This document shows, one piece after another, positions 8,961 to 17,442 of a DNA stretch of 64,000 nucleotides. The first letter of the stretch is position 1, and each line of letters opens with the position of its first letter. A program made the translations under genes and the position numbers. The notes under the pieces were generated by a model. That model did not search any database. It was not told where the DNA came from and saw only the letters and a program-made list of their open reading frames with translations. Source of the DNA: Candidatus Marinacidobacterales bacterium (GTDB taxonomy: Bacteria > Acidobacteriota > Vicinamibacteria > Marinacidobacterales > DATDRI01); NCBI GenBank assembly GCA_965226495.1, contig OZ245365.1, positions 384,001-448,000 on the forward strand. The letters run 5' to 3'.

Positions 8961-10967
8961 ATGTCCTTAAAGAGCTCGAAAAGCCCCGACAGCCCCGAGA
9001 GCCCAGAGAGCCCGGGCAGCCCGGACAAATTGTACCGCTTCGGTTTTTCCGTGTCTGTCGTGGTCTTTTGGGCCTCCGGCGTACTGCTCGCCGTTCCTGC
9101 TCAGGCCCAGGTGGACGGTAACGCGGAGGCCTACTATCTGTACTGCCTCGGGCGGATGAACGAGGGGCAGATGAACGCGAGTGGGGCGAAGCAATACTAC
9201 GGCCAGGCCATCGAACGCGATCCCAACGCGGCGTACCTCCATTACGCCCTCGCCAGCGTGTACGCGAGAGCCAACGACGCACAGAAAGCGATCGCGAGCG
9301 CAACCCGTGCGATACAGCTCGATGGTGAGCTCGCGGCAGCCCACCGGTTGCTTGCCAACACTTACTTCCAGCTGAGTCGCAATCAGGACCAGGGAGGATT
9401 GTCCGAGCTCGCGATCAAGGAGTACAAGGAGACGGTACGCCTCGAACCGCGCGACGGGGAAAGTCGGCTAGGACTGGCGCAGCTCTATCTCATGCGCGGG
9501 CAGATTGAAGAAGCGTCAGAGCAACTCGAACAGCAGATCGAGAACGACCCCACCTCCTCCTATGCGCTTTACCTCTTGGCCCAGGTGCGACGGGAGCAAG
9601 GCGACGTCAAGCGAGCAGCCGACCTACTCCGCCAATCGATCGAGGCCGAGCCCCGACACCAACGAGCTCGCATCCTATTGGCCACGCTCTACGAGGAGCT
9701 TGGGGAGTTCGATCACGCGGCGACCGTCTATCGGGAGGCCCTCGACATGGCCCCCCGGGATCCCAAGCTGCTTCAACAGCTCGCCACATCGCTGGCGCAA
9801 GCCGGACGTATGGAAGAAGCGGCGGCCGAGTTCGAGCGTGTCCTGGAAATGGAGCCGGATCGGGCTGAGGCGCTCTTCGGGTTGGCGCTGGTACGACGAG
9901 ATTTGAGACAGCCCGACCGAGCCGAGGCGCTTCTCGAAGGGTTGCTCCGACTCAACCCTCAACACATTTCAGGTCGCTTCGCACTGGCCGGAGTATACGA
10001 GGACAAGCGGGAGTATCGTTCTGCGATCGAAGAGTTGAAGAACCTCTTGTCCCTACCCCAAGATTCCTATCCGGTCGGACGGCGAGTCGAGTTCCTGGCC
10101 CACCTCGGGTTCGCCCATCAAAACCTCGGAGACAACGCCGAGGCGGTTGCCGCGTTCGACAAGGCGCGCCATCTCATGACAGACGATCCTCGCTTCGAGG
10201 CATACGTTGTTCACGCACATTTGGCGGCTGATGATGCGGCCGCGGCGGCGGAAGCGAGCAGGCAAGCACTCGCGCGATTTCCCGGGGACTCGCGCCTACA
10301 GATTTTGAAAGCACAAGTGCTCTATGAAGAGGGTCATGAAGAGCAGGGCCTGAAGCTGCTTCTCGACCTTTCGGCGGATTCACCGGACGATGGAATGTTG
10401 GCTGGCTCCGTTGCCAATTACCTCCAAAACGCCCGTCGATTCGAAGAGGCGGAGAGTTTCTTAGATAGCGCGATCGGCCGCATGCCGGAGGACGAGCAAC
10501 TCTTGTTTCAGCTCGGTGCGGTTCTAGAACGGCAAGGCAAAGTCGATGCCGCTGAGGCGGCTTTCACGAAAGTCCTGACCCTGAATCCGGAGAGTGCCGG
10601 CGCTCTGAATTATTTGGGTTACATGCTGGCCGACCGCGGAGTTCGGCTCGAAGAGTCTCTCGCATACGTTCAGCAGGCGGTGGCCCTCGACCCCTATAAC
10701 GGCGCTTATCTCGACAGCCTAGGGTGGGTCTACTTCCGGCTCGGTAGGCTCGAGCTCGCGGAGGAGAACCTTCTGAACGCCATCGAACGCTTGCGTACCA
10801 CAGGCGTGGTTTACGATCACCTTGGCGACCTCTATTATCGTAAGGGTGAACGCGAAGAGGCCGTTCGCTTCTGGCGCCAGGCAGTGGAGCAAGAGGACGA
10901 CGAGCTGGAGAAAGATCAGGTCGTTCAGAAGATTGAAAAAGCCCGTTTCGGTAACGACCTTCCCTAG
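8961..10967 (+). CDS. Exported tetratricopeptide-repeat protein
   Basis: Signal-like segment ending AQA; many TPR helices; C-terminal ALNYLGYMLADRG...P.NGAYLDSLGWVYFRLG...DHLGD. Confidence 0.92.
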   Translation: MSLKSSKSPDSPESPESPGSPDKLYRFGFSVSVVVFWASGVLLAVPAQAQVDGNAEAYYLYCLGRMNEGQMNASGAKQYYGQAIERDPNAAYLHYALASVYARANDAQKAIASATRAIQLDGELAAAHRLLANTYFQLSRNQDQGGLSELAIKEYKETVRLEPRDGESRLGLAQLYLMRGQIEEASEQLEQQIENDPTSSYALYLLAQVRREQGDVKRAADLLRQSIEAEPRHQRARILLATLYEELGEFDHAATVYREALDMAPRDPKLLQQLATSLAQAGRMEEAAAEFERVLEMEPDRAEALFGLALVRRDLRQPDRAEALLEGLLRLNPQHISGRFALAGVYEDKREYRSAIEELKNLLSLPQDSYPVGRRVEFLAHLGFAHQNLGDNAEAVAAFDKARHLMTDDPRFEAYVVHAHLAADDAAAAAEASRQALARFPGDSRLQILKAQVLYEEGHEEQGLKLLLDLSADSPDDGMLAGSVANYLQNARRFEEAESFLDSAIGRMPEDEQLLFQLGAVLERQGKVDAAEAAFTKVLTLNPESAGALNYLGYMLADRGVRLEESLAYVQQAVALDPYNGAYLDSLGWVYFRLGRLELAEENLLNAIERLRTTGVVYDHLGDLYYRKGEREEAVRFWRQAVEQEDDELEKDQVVQKIEKARFGNDLP

Positions 10968-11037
10968 TGCCCTGCATCAGTCCATGGTTTCATCCATGGT
11001 CCCCGAAATTCGCGAGGCGCCGCATCGGAAAAACCTG

Positions 11038-11835
11038 ATGGGGCCCACCGCCGTTCGCTTGGTTGTGTTTCTTTGCCTCCTAACAATCGGGGGGTGCAGC
11101 CGCCGACCCATGAGTCCGCCGAGCGACGTTCCTGCGGTGCCTCTTTCTGCCGAGGAAACCGGACGATTTCTCGAGCTACTCGAACAACAACGCGAATCGG
11201 TGCAACGGTATCAGGCGATCGTTCGAGTTCGAGGCAAAGGCCCGGAAGGGAAGTTCCGCGCTACTGAGCTCATTATTTTCGAGCGGCCGGATCGGGTTCG
11301 CGTCGAGCTCGTCGCAACCTTCGGCGCGAGCCGATGGATCGCGGTGGCCAGCGCGGGTGAGATTACGGTCTTGTTTCCGCGTAGCCGCGAGTACCTGAAA
11401 GAGTCAGCAGTCGAGGACGTGGTGGGAGCGCTCCTTGGGATCCGCCTGAGCCCGTTCGAGATCATGGCCATTCTTGTCGGAACTGGTTTGCCGGTTACTT
11501 CGTCGAGTCTGGTTCGGGCTGAGCGCCACGGTGAGAAGGTTCGCCTCTTGCTGAAGGAGGGTCGCGTCGAGCTGGAAGGCGACCAGGTTCGAGAGGCGCA
11601 ACGCGAGGGCTATCGTGTCATCTACCCGACGGCGTGGAAGCAGACGGGAAGGGCCGCCCCCGACCGGATCGAGCTCGTGAGCGACGGGCTCGAGGCGTCG
11701 CTGAGCGTGGACGATCTGGACATCAATATCCGTCTCGACCCCGAAGCATTCGTCGTCACCCTTCCCGCTGGAGCGGATCGCCTCGGCCTGGCCCAAATAG
11801 GAGGCGAGGCCGTTTTTGTGAAGCGGAGTCAGTGA
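11038..11835 (+). CDS. Lipoprotein, LolB/LolA-fold-like (putative)
   Basis: Lipobox LTIGG-C; beta-rich body; lies between the TPR gene and ispE. Start trimmed to ATG 11038. Confidence 0.7.
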   Translation: MGPTAVRLVVFLCLLTIGGCSRRPMSPPSDVPAVPLSAEETGRFLELLEQQRESVQRYQAIVRVRGKGPEGKFRATELIIFERPDRVRVELVATFGASRWIAVASAGEITVLFPRSREYLKESAVEDVVGALLGIRLSPFEIMAILVGTGLPVTSSSLVRAERHGEKVRLLLKEGRVELEGDQVREAQREGYRVIYPTAWKQTGRAAPDRIELVSDGLEASLSVDDLDINIRLDPEAFVVTLPAGADRLGLAQIGGEAVFVKRSQ

Positions 11836-12722
11836 AAGTCCGCGCCTACGCTAAGGTGAACCTCGGTCTCGAGGTGTTATTCCGTCGCGAGGATGGCTAC
11901 CACGAGCTGCGGACGATCCTTCAGACCGTGGACCTTTACGATCGCCTGAGTTTCAAATCGCGCTCGAGCGGGATTGAGCTCGACCTGCCTGACCTGCCTG
12001 GCCAGGAAGCCCCGAGCCTACCGACTGGATCCGAGAACCTCGTGGTGCGAGCCGCGGAGCGGCTCGCCGAGCGAATAGGTCGCCCGGTGGGAGTACGGAT
12101 ACAGCTCCAAAAGCGCATCCCCGCTGGTCGCGGGTTGGGGGGAGGAAGCTCGGATGCGGCGGTGACCCTTCTGGCGCTCAACGAGCTTTGGCAAGCGGGT
12201 TTGTCCTATCGAGACTTGTCGGGCTTGGCGGCAGAGCTCGGCATGGACGTGCCCTTTTTTCTATTCGGCGGAACCGCCCTTAGTGTGGGTCGTGGTGACG
12301 AGATATTCCCACTAGCCCATCAGGTCGCTGTGCCGATCGTGTTGATTCTACCCGACTTCGCAATTTCGACCGCCGCTGCGTATCGGAATTTGATATTGAC
12401 AAAGCGGGAGTCGAGCCTTACACTCCACTCCTTTGCGTCGTCCACTTTTGGCGGGGGGAACGAGCTTCCCGACCTGACGAACGATCTGGAAACCGCAACC
12501 GGGGAGCATCTCTCCTCTATCAATGGATACAAGCAGATCCTTCTTGAGCTCGGTGCTGTCGCCTCTGTAATGTCCGGCAGCGGCTCGGCTGTCTTTGGGA
12601 TATTTGATGACGAGGTGGTGACTCGATCCGCGGCTCAATCCTTGAAAGGACGAGGAATCCACGCCATTGCGACTCGCACGTTAGCAGGAAACACGTATCG
12701 AGAGAGACTACTGGAGCATTAG
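11832..12722 (+). CDS. ispE: 4-diphosphocytidyl-2-C-methyl-D-erythritol kinase
   Basis: AYAKVNLGLEV, DGYHEL, IPAGRGLGGGSSDAA, GMDVPFF, MSGSGS. GTG start overlaps the upstream stop. Confidence 0.96.
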   Translation: MKVRAYAKVNLGLEVLFRREDGYHELRTILQTVDLYDRLSFKSRSSGIELDLPDLPGQEAPSLPTGSENLVVRAAERLAERIGRPVGVRIQLQKRIPAGRGLGGGSSDAAVTLLALNELWQAGLSYRDLSGLAAELGMDVPFFLFGGTALSVGRGDEIFPLAHQVAVPIVLILPDFAISTAAAYRNLILTKRESSLTLHSFASSTFGGGNELPDLTNDLETATGEHLSSINGYKQILLELGAVASVMSGSGSAVFGIFDDEVVTRSAAQSLKGRGIHAIATRTLAGNTYRERLLEH

Positions 12723-12761
12723 TCAGGGCGCTCTGGCGATGCCTGAAGGAGGGAGGCTCCT

Positions 12762-13106
12762 ATGGAAATCACCGAGGTTCGGGTTTTCCCCGTGGAGGAC
12801 GAGAAGCTCAAGGCCTTTGTCTCCATCATACTAGACAACTGTTTCGTCATTAGTGATATCAAAATCATTAATGGTCCAAAGGGACTCTTCATCTCGATGC
12901 CTAGCAAGAAACGGAAAGACGGCACTTTTAGGGATATTGCGCACCCGCTGAACAGCGATACTCGTCGGATGATGGAAGAGAAGGTACTCAACTGCTACCA
13001 GGCCGAAGTTTCCGGAGCATCGGACATCCCGTCTCGCGTACTCTCGGAGGGGGAGCATTCGACGGAAACAGTGGGAGGGGAAGAGGCGGAGGCAGCTAAG
13101 ACCTAG
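12762..13106 (+). CDS. spoVG: SpoVG family nucleic-acid-binding protein
   Basis: MEITEVRV, KLKAFVSI.LD, GLFISMPS, FRDIAHPLN; GGAGG SD. Confidence 0.95.
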   Translation: MEITEVRVFPVEDEKLKAFVSIILDNCFVISDIKIINGPKGLFISMPSKKRKDGTFRDIAHPLNSDTRRMMEEKVLNCYQAEVSGASDIPSRVLSEGEHSTETVGGEEAEAAKT

Positions 13107-13157
13107 GGTACAATGGTGACGCCCTGAAGTGAGCTCGTTAGGGTCTTTGACTGAGGA

Positions 13158-13232
13158 TGGGGCGTGGCCAAGCGGTAAGGCACCGGTCTTTGGAACCGGC
13201 ATTCGAAGGTTCGAATCCTTCCGCCCCAGCCA
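13158..13232 (+). tRNA. tRNA-Gln(TTG)
   Basis: Cloverleaf tggggcg...cgcccca-g-cca; anticodon arm ccggt-ctTTGga-accgg; GTTCGAATC T-loop. Confidence 0.97.
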
Positions 13233-13255
13233 TTACGGCCGCCTGGGTATGTTGG

Positions 13256-13630
13256 CCGCAGATCTTTGCTGGGCGTCCATTGGGCGTTGATTGCTGCTAT
13301 CTAACCCGGCAGGACGCCGATGGTGGCAACCGAACATTTTGGCGGCCAACACGATCTGAGATACTAAGGACGCAAGGCGCACGGCTCGTTCCGCTCGCGA
13401 AGCCGGTGAACTCGACTTCGCGAGCCGTAAATCCGCTAAGGCTCAAACCGCCGTCTGGCTAGGTTGAGATTGGCACGACGTATTTTGACGGCCAGCAGGC
13501 AAAAACATCCGTCTGGCTGGGCGACAGTGGCAACGAGGTGTCGTAGCGCCCGTCAGGATTTGAGAGGCGCTCGGCTAACTCGATAGTAGCAACGGGATAT
13601 TTTGGCGCCCGATAGGACCTGAGAGGCGCC
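13256..13630. repeat. Degenerate array of ~58-59-bp non-coding units (family C): one inverted and four direct copies
   Basis: Cores at 13318-13361, 13465-13507, 13522-13565 and 13581-13624; copies 1 and 4 match at 34/44 positions without gaps. Inverted copy at about 13256-13302. Confidence 0.75.
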
Positions 13631-13657
13631 TTTAGTATCGGCTGGGGACGTAATCAC

Positions 13658-14602
13658 ATGGGCAGACCGCTGAAAGTCTTCGGTGGGAGCTGTAATCCGG
13701 CGCTCACGGCAAGTATCGCCGAGAGCCTCGGCGTACCTCTCGGCAAGGCCGACCTCCGAAGGTTCTCCGACGACGAGGTCTCGTTCCAGATTATGGAGAA
13801 CATTCGAGGGGCCGACGTCTTCGTGGTCCAACCGACCCCGCCGCCGGTCAACGAGAACCTCATGGAGCTCCTCATCATGATAGACGCCTTCAAGCGAGCT
13901 TCCGCCAGCCGTATCACCGCGGTTATGCCGTACTATGGCTACGGACGACAGGACCGGAAAGACAAACCAAGGGTGCCCATTACGGCCAAGCTGGTGGCGG
14001 ATCTATTGTCGACGGCGGGGACCAGCCGCGCGATTACGATGGATCTCCACGTAGGCCAGATCCAGGGGTTCTTCAACGTGCCGGTGGATCACCTTTTCGC
14101 GGCACCGGTCATGTTGGAGTACGTTTCTTCGCTTGACCTGAAGAACCTGGTGATTGTTTCTCCCGACGCCGGTGGCGTGGAACGGGCTCGTGCCTATGCA
14201 AAGCGTTTGAAAGTTCCCCTGGCGGTAATGGACAAGAGGCGAACCGAGGCGTCGAACGAGATAGAGAAAATATATGTCATCGGTGAAGTCGACGGGGCGA
14301 TCGCCCTCATCGTCGACGACATCGTGGATTCTGCGGGAACCTTAGTGAAGGCGGCCGACGCACTGCTGGATGCCGGGGCGGCGCGGGTTCTTGCATGCTG
14401 CACCCATCCGGTTCTGTCGGGAAAAGCGGTGCAGAGAGTGTCGGAGTCGAACATAGAAGAACTCATCGTCTCCGATTCGATCCCCCTCCCGCCAGAGAAG
14501 AAGAACCAATCGAAGCTCAAGGTACTTTCCGTCGCTCCGCTTCTGGGAAAAGCGATTCAAAGCGTTCACGACGAAGCCTCGGTCAGCTCGCTATTCGTTT
14601 AA
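13658..14602 (+). CDS. prs: Ribose-phosphate pyrophosphokinase
   Basis: FSDDE, PYYGYGRQDRK, DLHVGQIQGFF, SPDAGG, VDDIVDSAGT. Confidence 0.98.
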   Translation: MGRPLKVFGGSCNPALTASIAESLGVPLGKADLRRFSDDEVSFQIMENIRGADVFVVQPTPPPVNENLMELLIMIDAFKRASASRITAVMPYYGYGRQDRKDKPRVPITAKLVADLLSTAGTSRAITMDLHVGQIQGFFNVPVDHLFAAPVMLEYVSSLDLKNLVIVSPDAGGVERARAYAKRLKVPLAVMDKRRTEASNEIEKIYVIGEVDGAIALIVDDIVDSAGTLVKAADALLDAGAARVLACCTHPVLSGKAVQRVSESNIEELIVSDSIPLPPEKKNQSKLKVLSVAPLLGKAIQSVHDEASVSSLFV

Positions 14603-14776
14603 TGGAGGTCGACACCGATCCCTGACCGGGGTCGCTCCAATTGACCAATGACTACCGTCGTGGCATGGTGATTGTTTCGGATTTCTAAGATCGGAACGGT
14701 ACTGGCGTCTTGCGAAACCGCAGTTTGGCACCTCGGGTGATTGACGCTGAGAACGAAACAGGAGGGACTAGTACAC

Positions 14777-15463
14777 ATGGATAAGATGGTTGTTGAGGCC
14801 CAACCGAGGGCCTCTTTCGGAAAGGGAGCGAACCGGAAGCTTCGTGCCAAAGGCATGATCCCCGCAATCGTGTATGGGGAAAAGAAAGATTCCATTCCAG
14901 TGGCGATCGACCCCAAAGTGGTGATCCGAATCCTGCGCTCCGACGCGGGCGCGAACACGATTTTCGACCTTCAGATCGAGGGTGCCAAGGGCACCGAGAA
15001 CGTGATGGTGAAGGACTACCAGCTCGAGCCCATCGAACACGACCTGCTACACGCCGACTTGATTCGGGTGGCGATGGACCATGCCTTGACACTGTCTATT
15101 CAGATCGAGCTCACCGGAATCCCGCTTGGCGTCAAAAACGAGGGCGGAATGTTGGACTTCGTCAGTCGGTCCGTTGAGGTCTCTTGCATGCCGGCGGACA
15201 TCCCGGAGAAGATCAAGGCCGATGTGTCCCACCTCGAGTTAGGCAATCTGATTCGCGCGGGCGAGCTGGAGCTTCCCGAACGGGTGACCTTGCTCAGCGA
15301 TTCCGGGTTAGTTATCGCCCACGTCGAGGCACCGAAGGTCGAGGAGGAGCCTGAGGCGGAAGTGGCAGCCGAAGAAGGGGCGGAAGCTGCCGAGCCGGAG
15401 GTTATCAAGAAGGGCAAGGCTGACTCGGAGGGCGAAGGCTCCGAGGGGGGCTCTTCCGAATAG
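14777..15463 (+). CDS. rplY: 50S ribosomal protein L25/Ctc
   Basis: GKGANRKLR..G.IPAIVYG, HADL, GVKNEGG, acidic tail; GGAGG SD at 14761. Confidence 0.96.
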   Translation: MDKMVVEAQPRASFGKGANRKLRAKGMIPAIVYGEKKDSIPVAIDPKVVIRILRSDAGANTIFDLQIEGAKGTENVMVKDYQLEPIEHDLLHADLIRVAMDHALTLSIQIELTGIPLGVKNEGGMLDFVSRSVEVSCMPADIPEKIKADVSHLELGNLIRAGELELPERVTLLSDSGLVIAHVEAPKVEEEPEAEVAAEEGAEAAEPEVIKKGKADSEGEGSEGGSSE

Positions 15464-15508
15464 GGTCAGCCGTGCGCAAGGTTCGCTTCGCTCGACTGAG
15501 ACACGTGA

Positions 15509-16105
15509 TTGCGGTTGCTAGTTGGGTTAGGTAATCCGGGTCCTCGATACGTCGGGACACGACACAACCTTGGTTTCGCCGCGGTCGAGCGAATCGCTCG
15601 CGAGTCCGATGCTCGGTGGGAGCAAGCCTCACCGAGAAGTCTCGTCGCCGAGGGGACTTTCGAGGGGCAGTCGATCGTGCTCGCCAAGCCGCTAACCTAT
15701 ATGAACCTGAGCGGGCGGGCCGTGGTAGAGTTGACCCGGGACCGGGACATCACCGTTGAGGAATTGTTGGTGTTCTTGGACGATGTTGCCTTGCCATTGG
15801 GAACGCTTCGACTTCGGCGGCGCGGAAGCGATGGCGGTCACCTAGGACTTGCTTCCGTACTGGAGTCTCTGGACACCGAGGAAGTATCTCGGGTCAGGCT
15901 GGGCATGGGTCCGGACGAAGGATCGCTGGAAGGATCGAAGTGGGAGGAACGTGATCTCGCCGAGTTCGTTCTAGAGCCCTTTTCCTCTCCAGAGCAGGAG
16001 GTTGTCGAGAAGCTCTTGGAACGAACGGTTGACGCGACCCGCGCGCTGTTCCGGTATGGGATAGAGCGGGCGATGTCTTTGTACAATCGAGCCCCTGAAG
16101 TCTGA
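15509..16105 (+). CDS. pth: Peptidyl-tRNA hydrolase
   Basis: LLVGLGNPG..Y..TRHNLGF, KPLTYMNLSG, GSDGGH.G. Confidence 0.96.
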   Translation: MRLLVGLGNPGPRYVGTRHNLGFAAVERIARESDARWEQASPRSLVAEGTFEGQSIVLAKPLTYMNLSGRAVVELTRDRDITVEELLVFLDDVALPLGTLRLRRRGSDGGHLGLASVLESLDTEEVSRVRLGMGPDEGSLEGSKWEERDLAEFVLEPFSSPEQEVVEKLLERTVDATRALFRYGIERAMSLYNRAPEV

Positions 16106-16113
16106 TTGGGGAC

Positions 16114-16162
16114 GACTCCTTGCTCTCTCCATAGAGAGAGGGCTTGATATCCGTAGGGAGGG
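16114..16162 (+). promoter_or_regulatory. Probable S6:S18 autogenous-control leader
   Basis: Outer stem ctcctt/agggag contains the SD-like strand; inner hairpin gctctctc/gagagggc; unpaired CCG at 16151-16153; directly upstream of rpsF. Confidence 0.65.
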
Positions 16163-16174
16163 TAAGAAAGAACG

Positions 16175-16681
16175 ATGAGAGGATACGAATTGATGTACAT
16201 CCTCGAGCCCAATCCGGACGAAGAGGCCACCAAGGCGCTCATCGGCCAGATCGAGGAATTCATGGGCAAACAGGGCGTCAGTATCGAGGGGACCGATCCA
16301 TGGGGCAAGCGCAGGTTGGCCGGTGGGATCGGCCGTCACTCCGAGGGCTACTACGTCCTGAGTCGGCTCAAGGCGGAGGCGGAAGCGATCTCGGAGTTGG
16401 AACGGCGACTTCGTGTTACCGACGGGGTGCTACGGTTCCTCACCGTCCGCGTGGACAAAGATCAGGACAAGGTCGAGCGGCGTAAGGCGCGTAAAGCGGC
16501 CCGCGAGCAGGCGCGGCGCGAGCGGAAAAGGAAATCGATGGCGGCAGCAGGCGAAGAGGCGGCGGCTCGGCAAGCTGAAACGGGCGGATCGACCGAGGTG
16601 GCCGCGCCAGCCGAGCCGCCCAAGCCAGCCGAGCCGCCCAAGCCAGCCGAGCCGCCCAAGCCAGCCGCGGAGGTCGAATAA
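16175..16681 (+). CDS. rpsF: 30S ribosomal protein S6 with long C-terminal extension
   Basis: [29 protein letters not shown]; tail contains (PAEPPK)x3. Confidence 0.96.
   Translation: MRGYELMYILEPNPDEEATKALIGQIEEFMGKQGVSIEGTDPWGKRRLAGGIGRHSEGYYVLSRLKAEAEAISELERRLRVTDGVLRFLTVRVDKDQDKVERRKARKAAREQARRERKRKSMAAAGEEAAARQAETGGSTEVAAPAEPPKPAEPPKPAEPPKPAAEVE
16607..16667 (+). repeat. 18-bp tandem repeat (3.4 copies) in the rpsF tail
   Basis: ccagccgagccgcccaag repeated. Confidence 0.95.
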
Positions 16682-16965
16682 TGCCTCCCAGAAAGAAAGA
16701 TGGCGGTCGTGACGCTGGTAAAGACGCTGGTGCTCGGCGAGGCGGCAAGCGGTTTTTTTATCGAAGGCGAAAAGTATGTAAATTCTGCGCCGAGAAAATC
16801 GATTACATCGATTGGAAAGACCATCAGCTTCTCGCTTCCTTCATCCCGGAGAGGGCGAAGATCTTGCCGCGTCGCATCTCGGGTACCTGTGCCCCACATC
16901 AGCGAAAGTTGAAGACGGCCATTCAAAGGGCTCGTAACATCGCCTTGTTGCCGTTCACTTCGTAG
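16681..16965 (+). CDS. rpsR: 30S ribosomal protein S18
   Basis: [37 protein letters not shown]. Confidence 0.97.
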   Translation: MPPRKKDGGRDAGKDAGARRGGKRFFYRRRKVCKFCAEKIDYIDWKDHQLLASFIPERAKILPRRISGTCAPHQRKLKTAIQRARNIALLPFTS

Positions 16966-16992
16966 AGACCGAGGATTAGAGAGGAAGAAACC

Positions 16993-17439
16993 ATGCAGCT
17001 CATACTGCGCGAAAACGTCGATAAGCTCGGCAAGAGGGGAGACATCGTGGAGGTGCGCTCGGGGTTCGCTCGTAATTTTCTTTTGCCCCGAAACCTGGCG
17101 ATGGTGGTCAACGACAATAACGTCCGGCGGATGGAAAAAGACAAGAAGCTCGTCGCAGTCAAGCACGCCAAGGAGAAGGAAGAGAGCGAGGCTTTGGCAG
17201 CGCAGATCTCAGGAATGAAACTTTCCTTCCGTCGCAAGGTCCACGGCGAGGAGCTCTATGGGTCGGTCTCCGCAACCGATGTTGTAGAAGCACTGGCCGC
17301 GAAGGGATACTCCTTAGAAAGGCGGCGGATCCAGCTCGACGAACCTATCAAGAGCCTGGGGGAGTTCCCGGTCACGGCTCGGCTTCATCCCGATGTGTCC
17401 ACAACCCTCACGGTGACCGTGGAGAAGGAGGAAGAGTAG
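16993..17439 (+). CDS. rplI: 50S ribosomal protein L9
   Basis: MQLILRENV.KLGKRGDIVEV..GFARNFLLP, LYGSV, PIKSLG, LHPDV. Confidence 0.97.
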   Translation: MQLILRENVDKLGKRGDIVEVRSGFARNFLLPRNLAMVVNDNNVRRMEKDKKLVAVKHAKEKEESEALAAQISGMKLSFRRKVHGEELYGSVSATDVVEALAAKGYSLERRRIQLDEPIKSLGEFPVTARLHPDVSTTLTVTVEKEEE

Positions 17440-17442
17440 CCC

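Noticed and set aside
13471-13487. Sigma54 promoter (TGGCACG)
   Set aside because: There is no TTGC at the -12 position, and the motif is part of a family-C unit.
13256-13630. Degenerate CRISPR array or coding repeat
   Set aside because: Similarity covers nearly the whole unit, leaving no spacer. The 58-59-bp period breaks frame, and ORF 13157-13462 overlaps the tRNA.
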